Source: Ginglymostoma cirratum (lineage: Eukaryota). From it: 64,000 bases of DNA. The notes under the pieces were generated by a model, which was not told the DNA's origin, searched no databases, and worked only from the letters and a program-made list of their open reading frames with translations. A program made the position numbers and the translations under genes. Location of the stretch: the NCBI GenBank assembly GCA_024137785.1, contig JAHRHZ010000021.1, positions 41,504,442-41,568,441 of the forward strand. The letters run 5' to 3'. Below are positions 49,413 to 62,786 of the stretch, piece by piece; within the stretch, counting starts at the first letter, position 1; every line of letters starts with the position of its first letter.

Positions 49413-51259
49413 ACTTTTATCGGATATCCTTAAAGGGTTGACATTTCTGTGTGCACTATTTTCATTAATTGGGTGACAACATAAATAGGTTCATGACCAT
49501 GTGGAAAAAGTGCATGTAAATGTTGTACAAAAGCTTTAACCAGTTGGTTAAAAACAGTAAGCGGAAGGATTTCACTCTCCTCCGCTCCCCAACCCATTGC
49601 CTACTCTGCAAATGGCTTTAAAAGATTGGAATATTTCACAAAATAGATGATGGTACAAAAAAGATTATATTTGACATCAGGTAAATCACAGTCCCTGAGA
49701 AAATTCTAATTTGATTGCATTTATCTTCAAACGTGCAGGATAGAATCCTCTGTTCTTGTTGATGATGGGCTTGGAGACAGAGATGTGGTGGACCTGAATC
49801 CGTCCGCCTATTCCCTCTACCGGTGTGAAGTCCAGGTTGGAAAAGCCCAGGATCAACCTTGCCACCCTGCTGCCGGTGGAGGCCCTTAACTATTGCTGTG
49901 TGGTGTGAATGACAGCTAGAACCATGTGATCGGTTAGCTCTGGTAGGGAAGGATGTAGTGAGGCCCCTTGATCAAAGGCACTCAGAGCCTCATCGAGGGG
50001 CTGGATATCAACTAAGGGGTAGGGACAGTGGTGATGCTGAAGTCAAAAGCCTTTTCTGCTGACCTTCCTGCAACCCCCATCCTGTGGAATCCACCTACAT
50101 CGTATTACTCACCTGTGGCCTGCATTGCTCCACACTTTTGGCACTTGATTCGTATCTTGCCAGTAGCATCCATGGCCTCCCCAGTGGTGCTGCTGAGCAT
50201 GACCCTCTGGTAGGCCGCCACTTCTCATTATGTGAATTGTCTGTCCTCGTGATCTTGATTCCAGGGAAGCCCCGTGAATGGCCACAACGTTGGCTGATTG
50301 GCTTGTGGTTTGGAAGTCCTTCTGGAAAGAGGCGAGAGCCATGAAGCTTTAACAACATCCATGACCAAAATGTTACTTTTGGCTTTAACAACACTTAACA
50401 TGACTTAGTTAAGCTCATAACGGAAAGACAGTGTAAAATGCTAGATTTATATCTGTGATATCTCACTTGTTGCAAATAGAGATTTTGGTGTTATGCTGTT
50501 TTAAGAACAATTGAGATAGTCAGTTGAGAGTTAAAATAACTATTTTAAAACGATTAGAATTATGATCACTGGTCCTAAAATGCACCCCTCCCCCACTAAC
50601 ATTTCAGTCTCTTGTCCTGCCTTATTTCCGAAGAGCAAGTTTTGCTCCTCCTTCATCTAGAACTGGTAGTCTTCTCCCGTGGTCCCCAGCATCAAAGATA
50701 CCAACCTTCTCTCCACATGATATCAAAATACAGCTGAAGGCATTGGATCCAGCAAAGGTCGTATTCCACATTCCAGCTACAGTACCGAAGACTTGTGTTC
50801 CAGAAATGGCATTGCCCTGAGCTAAGCTGTTCCATTACAGTTAAGATACTGACATCTATATGAACAAGTGAATTCAAAAAAGCTTTTTACTGTTTAAACC
50901 TGTTTAGAGTGTGACTATTTATTATAAAGGTCACAAATGTATTTGGATGGAATTGTAATATTCCTAATCACTGGAAAAGAAGTGCAGAAGTAGTTAAATT
51001 AGATTGGCCCAATTCCTTGCTGTTATCTCACTAATTTTCTATTCAATTTTATGGCAAAGGCTGGGACTGCTGTTGGATTTCAAAACCAAAACTCTTACGT
51101 GAAAATTGAACATGCAGTTTGAGTATTCCAGAGTACAGTTTGTATCCTCAGTCCAGCTATATGTGCATATGTATCCATTTACTCAGATGGTTTTGTTGAG
51201 CAGACTAATCCAGGAGTGTAAGAGCAATGCAAATGAGGCTGTAGGGGTAGGTTGGTCTC

Positions 51260-51877
51260 ACAGAGTCATATAGCACAGAAACAGGCTCTTTGGTAAAACT
51301 CGTCCATTCTGACCAGTTTTCCCAAACTTAACTTGTCTCATTTGCCTGTGTTTGGCCCGTATCCCTCTAAACCTTTCCTAGTCATGTACATGTCCAAATA
51401 TCTTTTAAATGTTGTAACTGTACCTGCATCTACCACTTCCCCCAGTAGGTCATGTATACACCACCATCTGTGTGAAAAAGTTGCCGCTCAGGTCCCTTTC
51501 AAATCTTTGCATTCACACCTTAAACCCATACCCTCTAGTTTTGAACTCCCCTACTCTAGGGAAAAGGCCTTTGCTACTCACCTTATCGAGGCCTCTCATG
51601 ATTTTATAAACCTCCTATAAGGTCACCCTTCAACCTCCTACGCCCCAGGGAGAAAGGTCCTAGCCAATCTAGCCTCTTCTTATAACTTGACTCTCCAGTC
51701 CTGGTAACATCCTCGTAAATCTTTTCTGCACCCTTCCCAATTTAATAACATCTTTCCTATAGCAGGGCGACCAGAGCTGTATGCAGTACTCCAAAAGTAG
51801 CCTCACCAATTGCCCTGTACAGTTGCAATATGACGTCCCAACTCCAGTACTCGGTTCGTGTCCAATGAAGGCAGACC
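51260..51877 (-). mobile_element. CR1/HER1 3' remnant
   Basis: LLEYCIQLWSPCYRKDVIKLGRVQKRFTRMLPGL. Confidence 0.85.
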
Positions 51878-51973
51878 CTTTCTGAAGAAGGGTCCAGACC
51901 CGAAATGTCAGCTTTTCCACTCCTCTGATGCTGCCTGGCCTGCTGCATTCCTCCAGCTCCACACCTTGTTATC
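51878..51973 (+). mobile_element. Family B terminus with hammerhead-like core
   Basis: CTGAAGA-A-GGGT(CCAG)ACCC-GAAAT-GTC at 51882-51909. Confidence 0.7.
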
Positions 51974-53689
51974 CATCTAACTATGATGTTTTGAACACAA
52001 CACGCACTTTTAAAATTTGAAATATGTAGTTGATTAAAAATATTTGGGACAAAAACTCTTCCCTATTACTTTTGTTGGTTTATTGGAATTACTGGATAAT
52101 TTGATTTTTTTTTTCATGTATGTGCAGCCTGTACAAGAGACAGGTGGCTGCATTTTTAATTTGCTTCAATTGGCCAGATATGAACTGGGAAGCTTGCTCT
52201 GTGGATTAGAGAGGGCTCTGACTGTGACGTATTGCATTTCAAATTCAGCTTTATAACCTAAAACTCAAATTAGTTTGCAGGCTCATTTACAGACAAACAA
52301 ACATTCTCACCTGTAGAATATTTGAAAATCAAGCGAAGCAGAAAAAAATGACATATTAGTTTATCTTTAGTGAAGGTTAAAGCCAAAAGCAATTGACACA
52401 CGTGCTATAACACAAAGGCAGAGTCTTCCATGTACGTAGCAGAGAATTTGTGCTGCTACAGTATTTGTATTTACTTTGTCACTTCATACCAATTAGTTTA
52501 GATGTGAGGCTTTTATTACTGTTACCATTATTTATTTCCTATGGAGACAAAAATGAGTCAGTGAGAAAAGAGTTAATGTTTTCTGTCAGAAAAGGTTGTG
52601 CGTCAGGAATAAATTGGAATCCCACAGACCAAGACTGAAGGTTTAGTATCCTATTTACCGCAGGAGGGCAGGTACAAAAATGTCCCAGGAATAATTAGAT
52701 TTTCCTTCAAATGCATGAAGGATTGTGAAAGAAATAATATTTCACATTGAGGTTCATATTTAATCTCAGTCAAATAAACAAAGAAAACCGACATGTGCTT
52801 TGCCTATTGTTTGGGAATTAAATTTATTTTCTAAACAGATTCCCCTCTCCCACTCACCCCCATATGCAGAATTGGCTGGTTCTAAAGAGTGATGTAATGC
52901 TTCAGCTAATGGACCTACTGCAGTACTGCATTTTCTTTCTGATCTTTGACTTCAGTTATTTATATCCTTGATCGTTATTTGTTTAAAATTCAATCTTGTG
53001 CGGAAAGTCCATATTAGGGATGTGTGTTAAGCTCATAGTATCCCCTCAGGGCAATGCCATAAAAACTGTCTGCAAGGCACGTTAAGGGCAGTAGCTCCTG
53101 TCGATGTAAAGTACAGGGTGTAATCATCGGGGTTGTATTTTGACCCTAGGATTTATACATGGCATAATAATTAGGGATGAGCACTTCAGAATTTTTACTT
53201 TATCAGCTTAGCACATAATCTTTTCACACTGTGACTAATGATAATACAAATGTGATATAACAAAAAAAACTAAGTTTCAATTATGCAGAAGTCAAATTCC
53301 CCTTCTCCACCCCCGCCTCCCCAAATATTTTCTTTCCAGTGCAACAACTTAGGCTAAGTAACAACTTATGATGTCCTACAGACATTGCAGCCTCTTCAGT
53401 AATTTCTTCACCTGAACCAAGACAGTTCATGCAAGTAGAAAATCTTGCTCTGCTAACAATGGGTGTTGTCGCTGTGCAGGTGCCCTATGCAGCCTTTACA
53501 GTGGAGGTCACGAGAATAATTGTGAGCATGGACTTCGACTGAATTGTTGATGTTTCTATAAATTAATTGAAATTACTCATCCCTTCTGTTCTGACTGAGA
53601 GTTGACAAACTGGTATATATCACTTTTTAAATTCAAATGTAAAATTCTATAATTCTGTAGTTAGTTTTTCTGAGTGGCCCATATCATGT

Positions 53690-53893
53690 CTCCATAGCCT
53701 TACCAGACCGTAAGGCTGTTCTCTCATTGATGGTGATTTAACCCTGAGGGCTACCATACCTCAGATGAGGGGAGAGATTGAGAAGGACAGTCCTTCATGG
53801 TAACCTCAGCCAGTGATAGAAATTGAACCTACCCTGTTGGCATCACACTCCTTCGCCAAGCAACTGTACAAATTAACTGAGCGAAACAGACCC
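53690..53893 (-). mobile_element. tRNA-derived SINE (same family as 48303)
   Basis: Shared gaggggagag.ttgagaagg and ttgaacct motifs. Confidence 0.7.
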
Positions 53894-56244
53894 AGATTTG
53901 ATTTTAACAATAAAATAAATGAACCAAGCAATTTACATATGATTACAATTTGAAAGATTTCAAAACTCACAGTAAAAATATAATCCCATCTGTCCTAACG
54001 CCAACATGTTACTGTACATCAAACGTAAAGGAATTTACATCTCTATTACATCTAGTTTTAAATTTACTTTTTTATAATTCCTAGTCTTGAGCATTTGGTA
54101 GCCCCTCCCTTGGTGAGTCGCGTAAATGAGCTGAGACTTTCCTGACTTCAAATAACCCATTCAGGATTCTAAGCAAAAGCTTCTAGTCTGGAACTTTTTC
54201 AAAACTGAAATCCTTACACTGAGGTAAACCTTATTTTGTAACAGATCAAAACTAACTCCTTTCTTCAGGAAAGCCTGTTAAGTATATCTAACTTCAACTT
54301 CTGTGAACGGAGGGTGGGCGGGGGGACAAACTTTCCAAGCTATGGGTCTTTTCCCAATCAGAAGAAGTTCTGATCCCTCTAAACAGAAAGCAAACTGTTG
54401 CTTCCCAATGTTTACTCTGCCCCCATGCAAGATTCTCAATGCAAACAAATCCCTGTTATTGCCACAGGGACTCACTCTTTTATATTGTTTTTAAGGAAAA
54501 TCATGACTCATTCACACACACAGTTCAAAATTCACGCGCCATTCATTCAAAATTCAATCTGGAGAATAAATAAAAGTAAAGTACTAAGATTAGATATAAG
54601 TATATCACACTCCTTAAATCTCTCAATCCCCTTTTTCTCAAAAACAATTTCATTATTGAATAGACATACGTAGAATAAGTCAAAAACTGTAAAGAACCTG
54701 GTGCACTATTTTATAGTTTGCAAACAATGATTTCCACGTTTAAGTTCTGGTTAAAGTGACACATCGTAGTTTTATGTAACGTTTTCATGTTGGAAACATG
54801 TCTTTGAGCATAGTACTGCGTGAAGGAAGAAAATAGAACGGTTAGAAGGAATTGTTGAGTGAGGCCGAGAGATTAAGTGGAAAGAAATTTTTTCAGAAGG
54901 ATGAGAGAAGACAAGGCATTGAGACAGGAATTGCAGTGGTCAGGCATATCGTGCCTGAGTAGTGGAGTTTATGGGCTGTGAACAAGTGTTGAATCAGTAT
55001 CAGAGGACCAAAGAGTGAAGAGTGCAAGCAGGAACGTAACACTGAAGGAAATCACTGAAATGAGATGGGAAAAATCGACATTTCTAGACGAAAGTAGGGA
55101 TTTTGTAATTATTATATTGGTAGCAGTGTTTTCAAACTTGACGTTTTTGATAACAAATCAAGTTTAATTCTACGTGTATTCATAAAACCATGCAATAAAA
55201 TACAAGGTGAATGTGCATTCCAGTTCAAGGACATGACAGAAATATTTCTGGTAATTCATTGGGACAAGAGAATGTGTTAATATGATTCACTGTCATACTT
55301 TCTATTTTTAAACTGGAAGTCTCCTTGCTAGCATTGGGGGACATCATTATTCACTTAATTCAATCTTCTAAATGTATCCTATGCAAGAAGGGATTATTGT
55401 TGCAACACAGATCAGAATACTATTTAATATTCTTCCACATGAAACCCAGCCAAAATAATGGGCAATTGCTGTGTTTCCAATTCTGTCATTAATACCCTCT
55501 ATCAGTGACTAATATTGTCTTTCCATCTTGTCTCTAACCATGGAGTCATACTAAGCCTCTTCCTTCCAAGAAAGGAGCAAAAAGTCAGCAAAATTAGCAG
55601 CAGTGAAGTATGTTAGCACTTCGGTTATGTGTTGCACTGTCAATATAATTCCTTCGGTAGAAAAGCATTATTTGAGATAAAACATTTTTTAATAAAAGTC
55701 TATAATTTGCAAGTTCAACCATGTCTGTTTCTATTATCCGGTTCAGACTCTTGGCAAAACTATTTTTTTTTTTCCTCCCAGCCCACTTCAGACATCCCGT
55801 CCCTTTTCATTACGTACCCGCTGTTGCTAACTATTGCTGGCACTTGCCAGCACTCCTCTGAAACTTAACAGTGAGAAATGTACAGGAAAGATTGAAAGAG
55901 GATGTATCACCTCTTGCATTTTCTCTCCCTCTGAGAGATATCAACTAACCTCTTGTGTCCTCACCATCGTTTTGGAACTGATTTGATGCTTGTCGTGCTA
56001 TTTTGGAGCTTACCCCCTCCAGCTATTGCCCTTTTTTTTTAATCTTGCGCAGTTAAACCCGTTCAACAGCAGGAATGATCCTCGACGAATTATTGGCAGT
56101 ATAGTAACTAGCTGATTTCTTCTGGATGTTACTATGATTCTGTAAGTGTTTTGGCACTTCTGAGGTTGTTTTAAGCTCCAAAGGTCAACACAGAGTGATG
56201 CGTCAGGTGCTGAAGGAGTTCTTTTTTCTGGCTTCACGCCATAA

Positions 56245-56595
56245 AGACGTAAGAATTAGCATTGGGAGTAGACCATACAGCCTGTCAGCCCTGCTCTATA
56301 TTCAGTATGATCAAGGCTGATCTTCAGCTTCGACACTTTGTTCCCTGTGTGCCTTGTTTCCTTGCAAGACCAAAACAAAAGTCTATCTCGGCCTTAAATA
56401 TGCTTAACGACGGGGCCGTTGTTGGACAGAGAATTCCAAAGAATCTCAATCTTTTGAGAGAAGAAATTTCTCCCAATCTCAGTCCTAAATAGGCCTCCTC
56501 TTATCCCGAGACTGTAGTCCTGCGCATGCTCTTTGATCCACTTAGTGGCGGCAGTCCTACTAAATGCACCCCAAACCATCTGCACCTTGTAAGTC
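56245..56595 (-). mobile_element. CR1 3' remnant
   Basis: LFRTEIGRNFFSQKIEILWNSL. Confidence 0.75.
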
Positions 56596-57629
56596 ACAGT
56601 GAGTGGAATGAGCAGGAAGGAGGATTTGGTACGATGATACTATTGTCTTTGAGGTTTAAGGTGCGGCCCTTATCATGACCTTGGCCTTGGCAATAGACAT
56701 TCCAACTATGGTCAGCACCCTATCTTTCGTGGGGTTAGGACTTACAGAGATGCCTGACCATTTCCAGTTATTTGTATCTGCTTCCGGTTGTTGATCACTC
56801 TGTCTCGCAAGAAAAAAGGGAAATATGTTATTAATTGTCATGTAGACTGCACAATATGGCTGTCATAGTTGTGTGACTGGCAAACTATTTATGAGCTGTT
56901 ACCGTGAATTTTGCACAAGTGTTAAGTGTGTGAGGGTGAGCTGAAGCGTTTGAATGTTTGACAAACAACTTGACGAGCAGTAGCTGAAGGCAATATGAAG
57001 TTGGCTGTTCAATGTAATGCAGGTTGAGCACCTGAGGTTTATCACGCAGAACAATCCCTGTACCTGTTTCGAGGAGCTATCCAAGTTAACTCCCATAGGA
57101 TTGTGTAAATCATGAGTTCATTCACTGCTGCAAATCCTGAAATGATGGCAACCATCTGTTCTAATAATAATAAACACCCAAAATATTCCTGACCAATGCT
57201 TGTGTACAAAACAAGATGAAGGACCTTTTTTTTTTTAAGTAATAATTAAATCAAAGGAGGATTAAAAGGACATGTTTTGATATTAAATATTTCAAGAAAT
57301 TATTCATTTTACAGATGACAACAGAGGCCGAGAAATTGGTGCTTTGTATGTAATAGATAATAAACACCTAGAGAACCCAGGAGGCCCGTGCTGTAATGAT
57401 TGCCGACTGCTCTCTTTCCATGTCAGAACGTGTGGGTTTATATTCCCAAATGAATCTTTGATAATACTCATGATGGTTCAACTCAATTATAATAATTTGA
57501 CTTCGCCAAATTTCCTGTTGCTAAAATGAGTAGATAAAAGCTTCGGAATTTCAACCCTCCCAACTTCAAGGCTAATACTGAACCAAAGATAGCACTTATT
57601 TTATAACTACGTTAGACTGATTTTCTACC

Positions 57630-58220
57630 AGCCAACATAAACCATGGGAGCAAGCTTGGGTCATTCTGCTGCTCAGTCCTGCTCTGCTGTTCATTAAGAT
57701 CTTGGCTGATCTCAGACAAATCTGTCTTCCCACACTTCCCCTCTGTCGTTTGATGCCTATGCATCCTCTACTCCACTGATATTTTTCTTGAATATAGACA
57801 ACACTTTGAGGTAAGAGGACATTTACAACCTTCGTCTTGGTTCTAAACATCTGATGCTTTATTTGCAGTCTTCAGCCTCATGAGACCTACCTCATTAAGT
57901 CTTTCAAGAATTTCATATTTTAGTAAGATGATCTCTCATTCATTCTTTTAAACTCTTGGGAGTAAAGGCCTAATCTCCTCAATTTCTCCACAATACACCC
58001 ATCTCCGGAATCATGCTAGTAAATTTTCGTTGCACTCTCTCCAAAACAAGTATATCCTTCCTTGGTGAGGAAACCAGCTAAAGAGTAAGACCTCTTTATC
58101 TTTATTATCCAATCCTTTTGTAATAACATTTAACATGCAAAATGCTTTCACATTCAATGATTTGTACATAAGGATATCCAGGTTCCTCTGTATATCAACG
58201 TTTCTTAGTCTCATGCTTAA
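57630..58220 (-). mobile_element. CR1 3' remnant, degenerate
   Basis: IQRNLDILMYKSL; cattaagatcttggctgatct tail. Confidence 0.6.
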
Positions 58221-59049
58221 AATAGAAAGGCAGATTATTTAACCAATCGAAAGATAACTGTACGTTTCTGTCTTGTTTTTCTCTCTTAATTAACCTGTCT
58301 GTATCCTTTCGGAGCAGAATTTTTATTTTCCTCATGAATCGCTTTCCAATCTAACTTCATATAAAGGGAAAACGTGGTTAGTTTCCACTCTGTTTCTTTA
58401 TCTAAGTTATTGATATGTCAGGCAAGCCCAAACCTTTCACCCAAGGGGCCGTGTTTCAGTTTTTTTTTTCTTGGTTACGAGGCCAGTGACGTTTTGACTG
58501 AGATTGGGTTTGGGTTGGGATTGGAAAGTGAGTGCTGTTCAACAACCAGTATCTAGGAGTGTGGGAGGTAGAGGAGAGCTGAGTGAGGGATGGTGGTGAA
58601 AGACTGGCAGTAATTTGGCAGCACAGATCCTGTGAACTTGACTTCACTTTCAAAAGGTTCTTTTGTGCAGGCTATGACTCATGACACCTCTGAGGTACCA
58701 GAAACTGAGTCCTTTCAAACCTGGCTCGACTGTGTGAAAGTTACAGAAGGGTAGGACATGCTGATTGCCACAATGAAGCTGGCCAGTTGCGAATGCAGGG
58801 TTGCAACTTGACGTCTTGAAGGTCCCAAATAACATTAAAAACCTTGAGAATGGTATTGGGAATCCTGGAATCAGGAACTGCCCACATTTTTAAAAAAATG
58901 GCTGTCCTGTCACCCCTGACTTTGTGAAAATCCAGGTAGCAGTGTTGCCGTCTAAAATGGAAGGACCTCAGGGACGATCAGCGTGCAAATCATCAGTTAA
59001 TCGTTTAGTCACAATTTCTGGTGACGGGCTAAAGGGCAGCATTGATGAC

Positions 59050-59690
59050 GGTCTAGGAACAACAGGGGTAGGCCATTCAGCCCCTTGAGCTTGTTCCACC
59101 ATTCAACAAGATTGTGGCTGAACTCCACATATCTGCCTTTGGCCCATAACCCTTCATACGTTGGTAAACTTTCGTTAAGCAATCTCAGATTTAAAATTAA
59201 TAACTGATCCAGCATCTGTTGCTGTTTGTGGAAGAGTTGCAAATATTTACTACCCTTTTGTGTATGGAAATGCTTCCTAACATCTCTCTTGAATGTGGCC
59301 CTAATTTTTGTACTGTGTTCCTTAGTTCTAGAATCCCCAACCAGTGTAAATAGGTTATCGACCCTGTCTGTGTCGTAGAATCCCTACAGTGCCGAGAGGC
59401 TGTTGGGCCAATTGAGTCTGCACTGAAGAGTATCCCACCTAGACTCAGCACCCTCATCATTTCCCTGTAATCCAGCATTTCCCATGGTTAACCCACCTAA
59501 CTTACACCTCTTTGGACTTTGGGAGGAAACCCACGCAGACATAGGGAGAACACAACAGTCGCCAAGGCTGGAATCGAACCAGGTCCCTGGCGCTGTGCAG
59601 CAGCAGTGCTAACCACTGAGCCACTGTGTTGTCTTTTCCTGTCAATGTCTTGAAGACTTCAATCAGATCCCCTCCAACATTAAAAGATCC
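59050..59690 (-). mobile_element. CR1 3' remnant split by HE1 SINE
   Basis: ggccattcagccccttgagcttgttccaccattcaacaagattgtggctg. Confidence 0.7.
59376..59633 (-). mobile_element. HE1-type SINE inserted into a CR1 fragment
   Basis: Reverse complement gtggctcagtggttagcactgctg...ggttcgattcc (A and B boxes). Confidence 0.85.
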
Positions 59691-59792
59691 ATCAGTTAAT
59701 GAGAAATAGGAAGGTGCGCACTGAATACTTAGAATTACATGATTAAATTGAACTCAAAAATTAGATGTTTACTTGTTATGGTTTGTTGACAG

Positions 59793-59923
59793 GAACAAGT
59801 CTGCTTCAGGAGCTGGTATATCTGGTGAGCCAGGATGCTGACCCAGATGAGATTGGAATAATGAATATTGATGAGCAAGTGCCTGTGCTGGAGTACCCTC
59901 AGCCTGGCCTTGATATCATTAAG
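59793..59923 (+). CDS. SULT4A1: SULT4A1 exon 2 (TSLLQELVYLVSQDADPDEIGIMNIDEQVPVLEYPQPGLDIIK)
   Basis: gacAG acceptor, AAG|GTAAGG donor, 131 nt. Confidence 0.97.
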
Positions 59924-60199
59924 GTAAGGGTATTTGAAGTGAATGTGTTTCATTTCATTTCATCCCATCTCGGTTTGTTGCGTGTACCAGATTGAGTCAC
60001 GTGTACAACAATTTCAAATCTTTTCATTCTGTGACTCCTAAGGCCCTGCAGGAATCCTTTGCTTTCTTGCTGCACCCCACTCTTTTTTTTTTAATTTTTT
60101 CCCTCTCCTTTCTCCATCCCACTTTCTCCACTCCACATCGGCCTTTCCTTTTCTCCTTGTGGTGCTGTGGCTTGCTTGTGTGAATGATCTTTGCCTAAT

Positions 60200-62050
60200 A
60201 CTTTTTACCTTTTTAGAAGCGGGGTGGGAGTTATTTAGAACCCAGCAAAAGATGATCAAGATGAGGATAAAGCAAGGTAAAAGAGAATATGAATGCAAGC
60301 TAGCCAGAAACAAAAAGGAAGACGATAAACATTTACTTAACTATGTGAAAAAGTAAAGACTGGCCAGGATAATTGTGGGCCTATTACTGGTGCAGACAGG
60401 AGAATTTATAACGGAGAATAGGGAAGTGGATGGAGGAAATGAGCAATTACCTTGTGCCTTTCCTCATGGAGGAAAGTATTGAAAATTAGCCTGGAAGACA
60501 AGGCAATGAATAGACTCATGAAACTGAGGAACTGAAAAGATTATTAAAGAGATATGACTGGATTAAACATTGATAATTCCCCTGGACCAGAGATACTGCA
60601 TCTGAAAATGTTGAAGGAGGTGACTATAAAGATTAGTGGAGACATTAATGGCTATTTTTCAGAATTCTATTAATTCTGGAAAGGTTTCTGCAGATTTGAT
60701 AGTAGCAAATATAATTTCACTATTTAAACAGGAAGGGAAAGTGCAGAACTACACACTCATTAGCGTGACATCAGTAATAGGGAAAATATTATCTGTTGTA
60801 AAGGATGTGGTAATTGGACGCTTAGAAATAAGGGTAAAATTAAGTTGAGTCAGCAGGGGTTTCTGAAAAGAAAATCATGATCGACAAATCTGTTGGGATT
60901 TTACTTGTAGCATAGATAAAGGAGACCTAATGGATGTGGTATATTTAGATTATCAGAAGTCTTTTGATATGGTCCTACACAAGTAGTTAGGAAATAAAAT
61001 TAGTATGTCTGTGGAAATAGTAGGTAATATACTAGTATGGATTGAGAATTGATCACAGACCAAAAACAAAGCATAAATAAATTATTCTCCAGATCGTAGG
61101 CTGTTTCTAGTAGGGTAGCACAAAGATCAGTGCTAGGTTGAGAACTGTTCACAATTTATACAAATGATTTCGATGTGAGGACCAAATGTAATGTGTCTCA
61201 TTTGCTGGTGATACAAGGCTAGGTGGGAACGTAAGTTGTGAGTAAGTTGCAAGGAGGCTTCACACAGACTTGGACACACTCAGCGAATGGACAAGAACAT
61301 GACAAATGGCATATTAATGTGAATAAGTGTGCAGTTTTCTATTTTGGTAGAAAAAGCAGAAAGACAGAATATTTCTTAAGTGGTGAGAGTTTGGGAAGTA
61401 TTAGTGGCCAAAGGGACCTGGGTGTCCCTGTTGATGAGTCATTAAAATGTAGTTTGCAGCCACAACAACCAATAAGGAAGGTAATTGATATACTGGCCTT
61501 TTATCACAAGAGAATTTGAATACTGGAATAAAGATGTATTGCTGCAATTGTACAGAGCCTTGTTGAGACCTCACTTGGTATTTTGTACAGTTTTGGTCCC
61601 CTTATAAAATCCTTGCTATAGACGGAATGTAGAGGGGGTTCACAAAGGCTGGTGGGATTTTTCTTGAGGAGGATTTGAGGAAACTGGGCCTGATTTTATT
61701 GAAACTTGCAAAATTCTTACAGGGCATGTTCTTATAAGGTACTTGTATGCTGAATGTTTTCCCTGTCTAGTGAGTCTGCAACCAGGGGATATAATTTCAG
61801 GGTAAGGCATAGGCCATTTAAGATTGAGGAACAATTTTTGAAATCCTCAAGCCCAGAGGGCTATGGAAGATCAAACATTGAGCATGTGTAAAACAGCAAT
61901 TGATAGGCTTCTGGAGACTAATGACTTCAAGGGATGTGGTGATAGTCTAAGAATGTAGCATTGAGGCAGATGATCAGCAATGATCTGGTTGGATGGTGGG
62001 GCAGGCTTGATTGAATAGCCTACTTCTATTCCTTTATTCCTGCCAACTGT
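60200..62050 (+). mobile_element. CR1-clade LINE ORF2 remnant
   Basis: KREYECKLARN, PGPEILH, DVVYLDYQKSFD, RDLGVPVDESL motifs, many disruptions. Confidence 0.85.
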
Positions 62051-62208
62051 GTAAAACATCCCAATGTTTGGATACTCGTTCCTTGTTCATGCCCTCCGTT
62101 ACATATCCTGTGGATGAAGGGACAGAACCCAATGGAGAGAAAAGCTTAAGAAACCTTTTCATTTTAGAAAGATAAATTGCTGCAGGTTGACATTTCCTTT
62201 TCTTTTAG

Positions 62209-62289
62209 GAACTGACATCCCCTCGTCTCATTAAAAGTCACCTGCCATATCGTTTCCTGCCTGTAGACCTGCACAATGGACAGTCAAAG
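62209..62289 (+). CDS. SULT4A1: SULT4A1 exon 3 (ELTSPRLIKSHLPYRFLPVDLHNGQSK)
   Basis: Polypyrimidine tract plus tAG, AAG|GTAAAA donor, 81 nt, conserved PRLIKSHLP motif. Confidence 0.97.
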
Positions 62290-62725
62290 GTAAAAATCTG
62301 CATCAAGTATTTTCAGTAACAACTTGCTGAAACTCTTCAGCAATTGAACAGTATGAATAGTTTTGTTTCAATTATAAATGTTGGAACTGAATTCAGTTTG
62401 GTTATATATATCAGTAGATCATTCTTCTCTTGAATTTTTCCTACATTTTCTCCTTTACATATAGCAGTGGATTAGTGTAGGGGTGCTCATATTTGGCTAT
62501 GGGGTAGGAATGGCGATGATGTAGATCTGACACCCTGCTCCTAGTGGGCTGCTGCAGGATATTTGCTGGTTGGGTGAGTAGACACCTGGCCCAAAGCAGT
62601 GAGTGCGGTTAGTGATGAGGCTGGAAACAGACCGTAGGAGGAAGGGAACTCTTCAACAGGTACTGATAGCATGTGGGACTGCATTTACGTCTCTTTGAGA
62701 GTATAAGTGAGTGGATGTGCTGTCT

Positions 62726-62727
<2 letters not shown>

Positions 62728-62784
<57 letters not shown>
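62728..62784. repeat. (GT)28 microsatellite
   Basis: Direct reading. Confidence 0.95.

Positions 62785-62786
<2 letters not shown>

Larger units (their letters stand above)
41535..62289 (+). other. SULT4A1: SULT4A1 gene, 5' part (coding exons 1-3; remaining exons lie beyond the window)
   Basis: Three in-frame exons of 169/131/81 nt, near-identical to the vertebrate SULT4A1 N-terminus. Confidence 0.95.

Noticed and set aside
49790-50330. GC-richer patch with gaggcccttaa motif, possible DNA-transposon/MITE remnant
   Set aside because: Terminal inverted repeats and TSD could not be delineated by eye.
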